Counted from the whole stretch's first letter, positions 34,479-47,783 are shown. The stretch: DNA of 63,442 bases, filler included, from Craspedostauros australis (GCA_030167865.1; 10 parts of 10 records of this genome joined end to end with filler, not necessarily neighbours in it); one strand, 5' to 3'. Notes: generated from the sequence alone by a model not told the origin. Made by a program: numbers and translations.

Positions 34479-36454
34479 GGCGGCGTTGCGCCGATGGATG
34501 CCTGGTGGAACTAGTTGGTATTCCATGTTTTTGGCTTGGATGAGCTGCTTGAGCTCTGCAGGCGCCTCGTTGTCCATTCGGTGGAATCGTGGCTTGAGAC
34601 CCGCTCGCAGGAGAACATCCAGTAGTTCGCCGCATGCTCGCGTGAGTTCTGATGCGTGGCGACTGCGCATGGGGCGTGATAGAATGGCGTTCGAATCATG
34701 ATCGTAGAGTATCATGATGTACTGGTTGCCTCTGCTTGACGTCACCGGGAAACGTCCAGTTTGATCGGTGTACGTCTTCCCTGTTGGCCGAAAAACGTCC
34801 ATGAACACGTCATGGGGTTCGGGGGCATTCTTGGTGGACTGGTTGCCGTGATTGCACCGGTTCTTCGTGGATTGGGTGTTCTGGTACTGTTGACGCATGT
34901 GGCCTGCTGCCGTTGCATCGGAAGGTGGAAGGAATTTTTGAATTAGTTGCTCTGTGAGTCCCGGCCAGGACGCGAAGAATCCTTTCTTTATGGCGGTTGT
35001 GAAAGTTGCCACCGAGGGGCTGAAGCAACACTGGTGGAAAAATTTGGCGAGCTCCGTCTTGGTTGACTTGTGGTGGATGTGATTGGCTGACTGCCGGACT
35101 ACCAATTCATGTGGTGTGATGTTCACGCGATACATGCTGTCAACTTGATGCCGACGACCGGTGTGAATCGTGGTTCCGTTTCGGCGAACACGTACTGCTT
35201 CTTGGTCANNNNNNNNNNNNNNNNNNNNNNNNNNNNNNNNNNNNNNNNNNNNNNNNNNCTGTCTTGGTGGACGTGTGGTGGATGTGATTGGCTGATTGCC
35301 GGACTGCCAATTCTTGTGGTGTGATGTTTACGCGATACATGCTGTCAACTTGATGCCGACGACCGGTGTGAATCGTGGTTCCGTTTCGGCGAACACGTAC
35401 TGCTTCTTGGTCAAACTTGACGGTCATACCATGGTCACACAGTTGCCCCACGGAAAGGAGTGCTGCGCTGGTGAGTTGTGGAAAAACTCTTGCGGTGCAT
35501 GCGTGTTGGGGCACGTTGGTCATGCTCACCGTTGCTTGGTGCGACGATTCAATCGTCGAACCATCAGGCAGCGTCACTTTGAGTGGATTTTTGTCGTTTG
35601 TCTTGTTGAGGCACGGATCGGTCTCTCGCAGGAAATGGCTGGTACAGCCAGAGTCGACAATGGCTAGGGCAGGCACACAGGGTGATGAATTCGTGATGGA
35701 GTTCACTACTTGGTTACTGTGTTCCTGCCGTTTTTGTCATGCGTTCGTCGGTGCTCCCGCGTTGGACCCTCCCATGGTGTTGCTTCGGGTCGCCTCACGC
35801 TTGTGTCCTTCGGCGGGCTTGTTGCAGGTGGCGCTGTTGTGTGTTGCGCTGACCTTGTAGCTGTGTGTCCAGCAGTACGAGTTGTGCTTGTGCTTGTGCG
35901 TCTTCGCGGCTGCCCCTCCTGCTCCCGCGATGTTGACTTGAAGCTTGGATACCATGGCAGTGATCTCGGACAGTTGCTTGACCAAGTTCGCGTTGCTTTC
36001 GGTGAGAAGGGTGACGGCGTTGCGGTCGGCTGCAGTGGCTGACGCGAGGTTCGCGAGAGCCTCGGCTGTCTCTTCAGCCGCAGTTGCTGCGTTGGCTCCT
36101 TGGAATCCCGAAGTCGTGGTGGACGACTGGGCTTCGCGGAGGTCTTGGTGGGCGGTTGCGAAGTCGGCTTTGAACCGTGTCCAGGTCTTGTCGGCGGCAC
36201 TGAGGGCGCGGAAAGAACGGCATGCTTCGGGGAACTGCTGTGTTTGGAACACAAGGTTGTACGCTGTGTTGACCAGCTGGTGATCGGTGTACGGTGTCTT
36301 GGCTGCCGCGGCAAGATCGCGTGCGGATTCGATCTGTGAGACGAGCACCTCGAATGGCTCCGCTGGATCATAGGCATTCTTCATGGCCTTGTCGTTGGCA
36401 TCCAGGTCTTGAGGGGTGATCTTGCCGTACGTGCTGTACAGGTGGGTGAGCAGC
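34479..36454 (-). mobile_element. Ty1/Copia (CoDi-like) internal fragment: gag - TGA - protease - integrase
   Basis: Gag LLTHLYSTYGKI..KTWTRFK..YCWTH...HNSATC...GH; protease AIVDSGCTSHF; integrase TYTDQTGRFP, RMDNE, HRRNAA(E). Confidence 0.92.
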
Positions 36455-36700
36455 NNNNNNNNNNNNNNNNNNNNNNNNNNNNNNNNNNNNNNNNNNNNTT
36501 AATTAATTAANNNNNNNNNNNNNNNNNNNNNNNNNNNNNNNNNNNNNNNNNNNNGCAAAACCAGGTGTACGTCTCAAGAGCACCCCTGCCAAGACCTCCG
36601 TGCACACCTTCGCCACCGAAGGGAGGAAGAGCAGCAAGGCCTGAGACAACCGTCGACACCAAGCGAAGCCCAACGACTTCGACACCTCCGCCGCCTCACC

Positions 36701-39700
36701 ATGAGCGTCCAAGGAGAAGACACGAGCATCAGCAGCGAAGAACGCAGGCTGGAGGCCTTCGTGGAGCGGCTCAACCAACAAGCCGCTCAAGCCCTTCGAG
36801 ACCTCAACGAATCCCGAATCTCGCGAGGAGCTGCACCCATCCCTGCTCAGCAAAGAGACCAAACGGCAGCAGGGCAAGGAGAGGGCGAAACCGCCCAAGA
36901 CAACGATGGAGATGCCAACGACCAACCGAACCCTGGTGAAACCGAGGGAACCGCAAGATGCGGAGGGAACGTAGGCAACCCAACCGAATCCACTGGAGGT
37001 GCCTTTCCTTTTGACGCCGACGAAGATCCCATCGGACCCGAGACCACGTACGTGGCGTACGAAAGCGAAGACAAGCCAGAGAAACCCATCATGGGTGGCC
37101 TCACCAAGGCTGGTCGTCACTGGGTACCATGGACGGGAGGGAAACCGAACGTCGAATGGACGGGCCTTGTGGAAGACGCAGCCACGTCCTACGACAGCTC
37201 CCAACAGCAGCGCGTCCTCCACAACGGCTCGGACTCCAAGAACCAACCGGAGCGAGAGAAGGGCATCCGCCCACGCTTCCGAATCGGGGACAACCGCGAG
37301 CGCATGCTGCGCCTCCTCAAGGACCACATGTCCACAGCAGGTCTCATCTCGATGACCTACATGAGGAGCAACGAACATCCCGATGAGATGGTGTGTGTCC
37401 TCGACGCCCCAGGCAGCACCACCATCAGCCAAGCCACTGACCACCATGACTTCTATCGCCACTTGTGGGATCGATACGACAAGCAGAACAACGCATCTGC
37501 CGCTCGATTCCTACGCGACAGCCTTGACCCCGACCTCGAAGACCGCCTGATGAACCGCATCAAGCCGAAGTACCAACAAGACTTCAACGTGATCTTCACT
37601 GAACTCATCAAGAGTATCACCTCAAGCTCGCTGGACAAGTACGCACGGCTTCAAGAGAAGGTCAGAAAGACCACGCCCCAGAAGTTCCAGGGAGAGAACA
37701 TCCAAGCCATGGCTGACGCCCTTCGCATCATGTGCAAGGAACTTCAAGACGCCGACCAGTTCGAAATCTCGCTTCTCCATACCATGACAGACAACTTCTT
37801 CATGGCAGGAGGAAGAACCACGTCAGGAGAACGATACCGTCATCGAATCCTTGACATCAGCGATCGACTCCGACGACTGATTGAAGAAAAGTCCCTCAAG
37901 ACCTACGAGCGAGCGGAGCCTCACCTGCTCCGTGAGGACCTCACCTGGATGGACATCTGCAGCGTAGCTGAGGATGCCTATCTCAACGAGCTACAGGGAA
38001 ACTCCTGGCACGCCAACAGGCACTCTCGTGATCGAAACATCCCTCGCATGCACGCAAACCACACCTCAACTACGAAGGAAGCCCGTCTTCTGGAACAGCA
38101 CAAAGGAGGCAAGCGACAGGGTGCCAAGAACAAGTCAACCACGAAGAGAGCACAACCAAAGAAGGACCCCTGGATCACAACGCCCCCAAGGAAAGGTGAG
38201 CCACAACAGAAGCTCATGAACGACAAGACCTTCCACTGGTGTGCGAAGTGCCGCCACTGGCGCATCTCCCACGGCACANNNNNNNNNNNNNNNNNNNNNN
38301 NNNNNNNNNNNNNNNNNNNNNNNNNNNNAGACCTTCCACTGGTGTGCGAAGTGCCGCCACTGGCGCATCTCCCACGGCACAGCTGGCCACATCGACGACT
38401 TCCAGCGAAAGCTCAAAAGTCCACAGCTCGAAATCGACCACGCTGCCTGGACCTGCCTGTCCGCGGAAGCGCACGTGAGCGAACATGCCTGGTGGACAGC
38501 CGTGTGGGANNNCTTCACCTCCTTCGACACCATCAACATCTTGACCGGATCCTTTCTCGCCCTTTGCTCAGTGCAAATCGCCGTGCTCGGCATCGAGTGT
38601 GACTGGTACGTGATGAGCACCATGATGTGGATGACAACAGCCATTGTGCTATTCGCCCTCCACACCAGTGTTCCACGCCATTACCAACCCATTTCGACCC
38701 GAACAAGCCATGCAACCAACGTCTGGAAGAAGAAGCAACGAAAGCGTTTTAAAACCAACCAACGCTTCTACCACCGTCCAGCCGCGCCAGCAAGCAGTCT
38801 GTACGACTCTGTGTTTGGCAACGACGACTTCAAACACTTCCTCCACGACAAACGCACCACCATCGCAAAATTCGACGCTCCACGTGCGAACCACCGAAAC
38901 AAAACTCGACGGGTTCGCCGATTCAGAGGTACAAGCCAAAACTCCTGTCGCGCGAAGCATACGCCCAGTCCCGCTCGTCCACCCGACCAACGCAACGAAG
39001 CACGACCAAGTGAACACGCAAGCGCCAACGTACTTGCCAACGCCTACTACGCCCTCACGGCCATCTTCGGTTGTAAACACGCCTTCGCCGCGCCTCACAA
39101 GGTAGAAGAGGTCATCCCAAGCGGTGGCTCCTTCAATGTAGTGTGGGACACCGGTGCCTCCATCTGTGTTACCAACGACATGAACGACTTTGTGGGCCCC
39201 ACCTCTGCACCAACAACACCGACCTTCCTCAACGGGTTCNTNCGTCGCACCAAGGTCAAGACGAAGGGCACAGTGGAGTGGTCGATCCTCGACACCAACG
39301 GCAAGCCGCGATCCTTGCGTCTCCCGGCCTTCTACGTACCAGGATCATCCGTCAAACTCATCAGCACCACGAGCCTCCTCCATGAGTACAAGGGCGAGAA
39401 CATCATCGTGGAAGCTACTAACATCAAGCTGAGTGGTATCCCAGGAAACAAAGAACGAGGATCCATCATCGCCCACAACCGGAAAGCAAATCGTCTTCCC
39501 ACATCACGTGCCTACCGCACAGGCGACCTCTCCGACGTGCCAGCCGCGCTCACAACAACCATCACCTCTGTGGCACAACAAAACCAAAATCTGAGCCAAC
39601 CACAAAAGGAACTCCTCAAGTGGCACTACCGACTCGGGCACCTCTCCTTCCGACGCGTGCAATTTCTACTTCGATCAGGTGCACTCGTCAACACCGAAGC

Positions 39701-40415
39701 ATCACGAAAAATGCAAACAGCAGCCGCCCGTGTGCAGGAGTGCCCGCTATGTGCGGCATGCCAATTCGGCAAACAACACCGCAGACCNNNGCCAGGCACA
39801 ACACAGCACGCAATACTGGACCGACAGGGTGTGATCAAAACTGATCATCTCTTCCCTGGCCAACAGGTCTCCGTGGATCACTTCGTGGGACGCACGCTGG
39901 GCCGCCTATTCACTGGAAGGGGCAAATCAGACGCCTCGGAGATGTACAAGGGCGGAGCGATGTTTGTGGATCATGCATCAGGGTACATTCACGTGGAACC
40001 TGTTGCATCCCTCACCACTCATGCAACCCTCGAAGCCAAGACACGATTTGAGTCCATGTGTCGCGATGTGGGCGTGCCAGTGCGCTCGTACCTATCGGAC
40101 AATGCCACCACCTTCACATCTCCAGACTACACTAAACACCTCGAGCGCTTCCACCAAGTGCATCGCTTCGCCGGAGTCGGTGCCCATCATCACAACGGAG
40201 TGGCCGAGCGGAGCATCCGTACCATCATCTCCATGGCACGCACGATGATGATGCATCAGAGCATCCACTGGCCGACAATGTTTGACGCACAGCATTGGCC
40301 CATGGCGGTCGTGCATGCAGCGTACATTCATAATCGGGTCCCCAACGCAGCCACCGGATTGACACCAATGGACATCCTGTCGCGTACGCGCATTCCGCTG
40401 AAGCAACTCCACAAC
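36701..40415 (+). mobile_element. Ty1/Copia (CoDi-like) gag-pol single ORF: gag, hydrophobic hairpin, protease, integrase; 3'-truncated
   Basis: WCAKCRHWRISHGTAGH knuckle; VVWDTGAS; WHYRLGH...CAAC; VSVDH, YLSDN, HNGVAERSIR. The frame change at ~38280 is only a gap duplication. Confidence 0.93.
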
Positions 40416-40515
40416 NNNNNNNNNNNNNNNNNNNNNNNNNNNNNNNNNNNNNNNNNNNNTTAATTAATTAANNNNNNNNNNNNNNNNNNNNNNNNNNNNN
40501 NNNNNNNNNNNNNNN

Positions 40516-40995
40516 ACTCCATGAGTACTTACCATTTGAAGTTCACCTTCAGTATCCATGATCTTCATGGGTCATCGGATCTTCGCCTCCTGTTCTGACC
40601 TGGAGACAGATGTCAATGTGGTGACATGATGACATCCTGTCGACGTCAGTAGGTGTCCTTCTGCTCTCCAGATGTCACGTTCCATTGGTGATGCATGAGT
40701 CTGTCAGATGATATCGTCATCTGAGGTTTAGTTGGGAAGTACCTCGAGATTCTCTTGGTACCATTGATGGATGGACGGACGATATTCTGATTCTCTCAGA
40801 AATCGTCATTTGCAAATTTCCTCCAGAAATCTTGCCCCTTTTCATGTGTTCCGTTTCCCCTGTAATTCTGACGAATCACAGCATACTATCGACACGAATG
40901 TAGTTATACCGTCCAAGTGCGTATGAGAGCATAACAGGTGAACGATGCACATATACACGTACATCTCGACATATACTCACATGTACATCTCGACA
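40516..40995. repeat. LTR family A, partial copy (ends ...ATCTCGACA)
   Basis: Matches 55733-56263 and, inverted, 56629-57125. Confidence 0.85.
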
Positions 40996-41986
40996 TACTC
41001 CAGCGAGCGTGCGAGCACAGTTGCCAGAGCTGTCGCACTTGTCCGTCTCAGACGTGACTTGGCGAGCGATGACGGCGACAGTGGCAGTGATGACGAGCGT
41101 ACGACGCAGATCCTTTTCCAGGATTTTCTTCTCGCCGGCCAGAAGTAGAGCAACTCTCCGGTGAACGGCTACTGCCCGTTGCTCGCCCATGCGGGATGCA
41201 AAAAGGCACGCCCTCCTGTTGGAAATCCGGGGTACCCCAGTCTCTAGTAGTAGTCTCTGGTTACCTATTCCTGTTATTGCATTGTTGGAACTGTGAGTAC
41301 ATCTTCATCACTTTCAATTCCATTTGCCAAAACATACATAATCCACAGTAGCACACAGTCTTGCCCTTGCTCATGCAGTGCTGTCCTCCTGCTTCATCAT
41401 GTCATGCAGCATGTACTCCATGTACATCTCATCTTGCAGTATTGGTTCATCTCATCATGCATCTCATCATGCATCTCAGATATTCCATGTCCTGCCCTCT
41501 ACCAATAGTTTCGTTAGCATAGACATCACCGAGTCGTAGGCATCATACAGATCGGTTCATTTGATCAGATCAGGGTTTCCCATTCGTCACAGGAACACCT
41601 TGGTTGGGAGCTCATTCAGCTCCTCGACCATCACACATCTCCGATCATCTCCGATGTTTCTCCTGCCGTTTCTCCCATTACTTCGCCGATCACTTCACCG
41701 GCTTCCTGGAAGTTCGTCATCACCGGTTCGTTCACAGGCCGTCTCACACTTCGTGACATTGGCCTTCCTCCAGTACTCTTTTTCATTGGTTGCGACATGG
41801 GGGCCGTAGTCGCTCGTATCGTGATGTTGGTCACGATTCCAACATCCCCGCCCCCTGCGACATACACGTGTGATTGGCATTCCTGCATTGAGGTCACGGA
41901 CACCATAGTCCGGTTCGCATTCGGCACGTGGCGTTCTCCACCACAAGACACGTGTAGCTCACATTTTCTGTCACAAAGATCCACAG

Positions 41987-42107
41987 GTGGGAGTTGCGGT
42001 AATGTAACATTTCATGACATTCGACTCCTGACTATTGACTTATTGGGAGGTGCGGTAATGTAGCATTCCACAATGCTCAACTCCGCACTCTTGGGAGGTG
42101 CGGCAAT
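41987..42107. repeat. Three degenerate copies of TGGGAG(G/T)TGCGG(T/C)AAT spaced ~50-57 bp apart
   Basis: Seen at ~41988, ~42044 and ~42092. Confidence 0.6.
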
Positions 42108-42110
42108 TCG

Positions 42111-45100
42111 GTGTTTCACAACACCCGATTCCTGACACCCTCCAGCATTGCATCTCCGCTACAATCTGCCTCAGCCCAAGTGCAACACGCGGATCCGGAT
42201 CGTTTCACGACATCCACGACAGTCCCGCTCCGTGCTAATGCGCTTGCAGGGTTTCGCATGGGCGAATGGCGCCACAGAATCCACGGTCAATGTGATCTTG
42301 GTGCCAACGTCTGCGCGACACCTCATGCGCGTCTCCTCTGTGGGTATACCGGATTTACTACTCCTTCCAGCCTTGAAGCAGCGGACTCATCTTCGCCTGC
42401 TATGGAGTGCCCGGGAGAAGGGTACATGCGGCTTTCCTGTGGTGACGGCGCGCACCTTTCGGTACAAACTCTTCTGTGCCCACGATTGGCTGATACACTT
42501 GTGTCGCCACAGTCCATCATCAAACAACGTGACAACCCATACACCAGCTTTGGCATTGAGTCCACCCAGCACAGTGCTTACATCGTCTTCAGGTCTCCGA
42601 CTGACAATCTTCGAGTGCCACTGTACATTCGCAACGGTCTATACTTTTTCGGAGGCGTCCGCCCACATGCCATGACCTTACAACAGGCCTCACCTACGCT
42701 CCTGTCGGAACTTTGACATCTACGCCTTGGGCATGTGGGCATGGCACAGCTGCAAAAGCTTTCCAAGTGCTCCACAGGTATTCCGACGTCTGTTACGCGG
42801 CACATTCACCCACTTCGGCACTGTGACACATGCAGCAAGGCAGGATATCAGCATGCTCCACGAGGCCCTAATGACTCCGCCACGGCCAACGTTGCTGGCG
42901 CTCGATTCCACGTCGACTTTGGGTTCATGAGAGCCACTGACGACGCATACGGCCAGCGCAAGAAGTCTCAAGGCGCTCAGCGAATCATCCATTCCGTCGA
43001 TGGGTTTTGCGCGTACCTTCTTGTGGTTGATGCGAGTACATGCTATGTGTGGGTGTTTCTTACCAAGGACAAAGCCCCACCCATCATGGCTGTACGGCAG
43101 ACCCTCACCACTTTTGGGCGCAGCGAAGGCTATCGTGCGGTTTGTGTTGACCTGGGCGGTGAGCTGGCCAGATCCAGTCAGTTTGGTACCATGGTCCAGG
43201 AGTGTGGGTACAACATTGAACCTACTGGAGCGGATTGCGCATGGATGAATGGGAAAGTTGAACGGCTGAACAAGACCTTCGGCACCATGGTGAGGGCGTT
43301 GCTCTACTCATCCAGGCTCACACCTGACTTCTGGTCCAAGGCATTGGCTCATGTGGTGTACCTCAAGAATCGACTTCATCATTCCACTCTTGGGCGCACG
43401 CCATATGAAGCTCAACATGGTGTGGCACTGGACCTCAGTCATCTCCGTGTGTTTGGCGCGCGAGTCACTGTGAAACAATCAGGCAAGGATGCCGCGAAAC
43501 TCGATATTCATACGTACGATGGGATCTTCGTTGGTCACACAGCTACGAAATCTGCCCATGAGTACTACGATGTCAATACTGGAAGGTTCAAGCGAGCGGG
43601 CAACATTGTCTTTGATGAGGCACACTACATGTCTTCCAATAGACCTCCGGGACCAGCGTTGCTGTACGAACTGGGACTTCCCACTCCTGCTGCAGAGCCA
43701 GCGCCAACCAAGATACTCGTCAAGCCCATGTACCCTACCATAGTCACCAGGCATGCCAAGGTTCCGGCGACGGCGTGTGCGGTACCGCTTCCGTTGGGGG
43801 ACGTTCTCGATCAATCACATGTTCATGCTTCAGCTGCAAGGTGCACAGAGACTGGTCAAGTCGATATCGTACATGTTGACACGACCGACGAACCGTTTGG
43901 ATATCCATTCAGCTAGGCTGTGGACGTGCGTGGCACGGACGGGTTCCTCGGGTTCGAGTTTCGATATGATGAACAGCGACATCAGCTTCAACTCCAGCAG
44001 TGCAAGTCCGGTCAACCAGCTGCACGTATCACGCGATGGAGATCCAGGCTGCGCAAAGCACACCTCATATCGATTCAAGGCCAACAGATACACACAGCCA
44101 TGGACGCACGACAGGTCATACAGACCCTACGCGATCGACGTGTTGCCACTGCAGAATTTGTGTTTGCCTTCGATGACATTCGCAACAACCTCTCCCAACA
44201 CGGTGTCCCGCAGATGTACTTCGATCAAATGAAGCATGTCCGAGATATTGTTGAGACGTCCGCTCCCAAGGCACTTGCCACCAGTGTCACCAATGCACCA
44301 GTCAAACTCACTCGACGAATGCTGCTACAGCAAGATGACTGGGAACAGTGGCAGGCCGCGGAGTTTAAACAGCTGGACCAATACGATGCTCAACAAATGT
44401 TTGGTGATCCTATTCCGGCCCCTGCAGACGCCGCAATCTTCAATTGGGTCTGGGTCTATGTGGTCAAGACGCACGAGAATAATCGGAAGAAGGCACGTGC
44501 CGTTTGCGATGGCTCTACCAGGGGAGGTCATGCTTGGATATTTGGGCACACCTATGCAGCTACACCAGATCTGACGGAGTTCAGGATACTCCTTGGCATT
44601 GCTGCCATCCAACAACTCAAGGTATACAGCTCGGATGTCACGAACGCTTTTGCGGAAGCCCCAGCTGGCGAGCAGCGGTGCTTCATGAAAGTTGATGAGC
44701 CGTATCAAGCGTGGTGGAAGCATAAGCATGGAACAGGTATTCCTCACGGCCATGCCATCCCGGTCAACAAGAATCTTCAAGGTCACCCTGAAGCGCCTCG
44801 CCTCTGGAGCAGGCACATCACTGGCATTCTCCAACAAATCGGGTTCACATCGACAACGCATGCCCCTTGCTTGTACACTGGGACCATTGGCCGCAGCAAG
44901 GTCTACATCCTGCGTCAAGTGGATGATTTTGCAGTCGCTGCCCCATCACAGAGTGTCTTCGATACGTTCTGCGACATGCTCGACAAGCACCTCTTCCAAC
45001 CCATCACTCGGCAAGGACTCATGGTGCACTATAATGGGCTGGACGTTGACCAGACTCAGCGGTTCGTGAGAATCCATTGCACATCCTACGTGGACAAGAT

Positions 45101-46056
45101 GCTGGAACGCAACCAGTGGCAGAACATGCGGCACACCCACAGATTGCCTATGCTATCGGACAACTCGTATGTCAAGACTTTGGACAATGCTGACGTTCCA
45201 AACGATGACAAGGAGCGAGCTGCTCTGACCACAAGGTTCAAGTTTGGGTACCGCCAAGCCATCAGGGAACTCATATGGGCTATGATATCGTGCCGTCCGG
45301 ACATTTCTTTTCCCGTTGTCAAACTCTCTCAATTCTCAAACAATCCAGGCGAGGCTCACTTCGAAGCTGTCAAGTTCCTCATGCGGTATGTCGCGAGCAC
45401 CAGAGACTATGGCATAACATACTAGCGACAAGCATCACTCGTCGATCTTCCCGATGTGCCGGCCCCAGCCAAGCTGTCACCTCCTGGCAATTCTACGCAC
45501 GACGTCGATACCACGCGCCAGATTGAGGCTTCTACATTATATGGATACGTCGACGCAGATTGGGGTGTTGATATACGTCACCGCCGATCCGTGTCAGGCA
45601 TCGTCATGATGTTTGCAGGTGGTGCCATCGCATGGAAGACCAGGGTTCAGCCCACGGTCTCCATGAGCAGCACAGAGGCGGAATTTGTTGCAGCCAGTGA
45701 TGCCGGCAAGATGGCTCTTTGGCTGCGATCGATTCTCCATGAAGTTGGTGTGACACAACAATTTGCAACCCCCATCTTCGAGGATAATCGCGGTGCCCGG
45801 CTGATGGCCAGTGCCAGTCAGCCCACTCGGAACTCAAGACACATAGCCNNNNNNNNNNNNNNNNNNNNNNNNNNNNNNNNNNNNNNNNNNNNNNNNNNCA
45901 GACCTTGTCGCCTATCCAGAGGTCTCCTCAGAGATGAACGCATCTGATATCTGCACGAAACAGACACCCGTGGTCCTGTTCTACCGGCACGTCGACCTAG
46001 TTATGGGTCGCAACGTGCCCTCATATGTAAACGACTACAGGAGTCCGGATTTGTAA
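42111..46056 (+). mobile_element. Ty1/Copia pol (protease, integrase, PDZ-like module, RT, RNase H), inactivated by three in-frame stops; gag absent
   Basis: QCDLGAN; EL*HLRLGH...CDTC; FHVDFGF, VDLGGEL, NGKVER; SDVTNAF, NLQGHPEA, RQVDDF; YVDADWG, SSTEAEF, FEDN. Stops at 42714-16, 43914-16 and 45423-25. Confidence 0.95.
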
Positions 46057-46076
46057 CTTCCGCTGACTGCGTCAGC

Positions 46077-46259
46077 GTGGGGGGGGGTGTTGGTATACGG
46101 TCGAAGGCCAGACGGAGCAGCAAATGAACCCCTGTTCACAGCCTCAGCAGAGACAACAGAGACGAGTCATAATAACTTCACATCACACACACACACACTA
46201 CTCGTATCGTCTCCCGATCATCACAAACTGAAACTGAAAACGTTAAACGACATATTACA
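46077..46259 (+). repeat. PPT (poly-G) and 3' LTR starting TGTTGG at 46088; right end uncertain
   Basis: G run ~20 nt after the pol stop, immediately followed by TGTTG. Confidence 0.6.
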
Positions 46260-46265
46260 TCGAGT

Positions 46266-46930
46266 TGAGATTCAATAAGGGACAGACTACTACCGGACAC
46301 GGTATCAAACCGATGAGAGAAAAACTCTTGTTTTGGCGCGAAATCTTCCGACTTGATTGACCACCAAATCTTTTCTCCTCCTTTCTCTCCTCCATTCACG
46401 AATCCATCATGACTCAAGCATGACCGACCTGACTCACACCTCACCTTGGGAACTATGTGCTCTTCAGATCCTTATACTACAACATACCTCGATTCCCTTC
46501 ATGCTGTTGACTACTGCATCACAGCCGTAGTCATGACGCGTGTATCCAATCTGCTTCAACTCAAGCAATGGAATCCGAGGGTCAGCTACAACCACAGCCA
46601 CTGCTTCATGACTGTCACTACCAGGAGTCATGACCTACACTGCAGCATGTCTACATGTACGGAGAGCAAAGCACTGTTATGATCGCCTGCCCTGTGGCAC
46701 TGAACCATGTACATCAGTGCAGGGTCTCACCAAGTTGTGTGGCATCGTTTCTTCACCCTATTAATACTACCAAGCTAACTCACAATAAACAGACAAGGAT
46801 TAGCTACAAAGCACTCTACTACTCATCGTTACAGTTATAACTCTTCAATCAGTACACCTCTCTTGAACTGCATCACACGGCTATCCCGAAGCCGGCAGAT
46901 TCACGAGGCATCCTCCACCGATTCGCGCCG
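46266..46930 (+). repeat. Interspersed repeat family C, probably a 5' LTR plus leader of another Copia
   Basis: 46520-46930 aligns by eye with 55340-55428 + 56270-56595 (CTGCTTCAACTCAAGC, CACTGAACCATGT, CTACTCATCGTTACAGT, CTCTTGAACTGCAT). Confidence 0.6.
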
Positions 46931-47783
46931 TCTACGCCCGAATCCAAACTCATCGTCTGGGTCATGAAGGGATATGCATGCAAGGATATGGTGCCAAAGA
47001 GTACCATGACCGTGGAATGGGGCAGACGAACCACAGGTTTCCATGGCCATGCTCTGCCTCTGCCATCACAACTCGATGGAGTAGCACTCCTTCACTCTGT
47101 AGTGTACGCATTGCAACATATGACCCCGTTCAGGGTTCTCATGTAGTCATTTGCGGATTTTTGAGATAAGCACTTCGATCATCCTATTATGTTGTAGAGA
47201 GTATATGTGTGAAGTAACAAGCTCCTGGGCCCCGTAGTTAAAAATTTTATATTTTTCGCACTAGTCTACGTCTATAAACGCCAAGCATGCAGACGTAGAG
47301 GGAAAAATGCGGTTCCGAATCGCCAGCCGTGCTTCGGCTTGCTGGCCAGTCGTGTCTATTATCGACGCTCCCACATTTCGCGTGGGTGAGGTGGTCGGTT
47401 TCGATGAATTGTTGAGGATTGTGTGGTAGCGGTAGGCATGATGAGGCTGCTACTTCGTCTGGACCGTGGATCAGTGGTCGAAATCTAGAGTTTTGGGTTG
47501 GTGGGTAATCCAGATCTTGACCCCCAGCTTGACTTTCACACTGTCTTGTTCTCGGTTCTGCCGCTGTTCATGCACTGGGACGTTGAGCATCGTCCTCGTC
47601 CCAATCAGCACACACTGCCTTCCCTCCATATGTCTACTCTATGGTACAGCTTCGTCCTCGATTCAGGTCTATTCCCTGCCTGTGTGTTTGGACCTCCTCT
47701 CTGCTAGTCGTCGCCAACAGCCATTGTTGGCTTCTGGCCGTTGTTCATCTGCTCTCCTCTCGGCTTTGTATTTCGGTATCAAT

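Noticed and set aside
38227..38380. Double zinc knuckle or programmed gag-pol frameshift
   Set aside because: An exact duplicate across an N gap; collapsing it gives one continuous ORF.
40516..46259. Family A LTR as the 5' LTR of the 42111-46056 element
   Set aside because: It does not match the sequence after that element's PPT, and no gag is recognisable between them.
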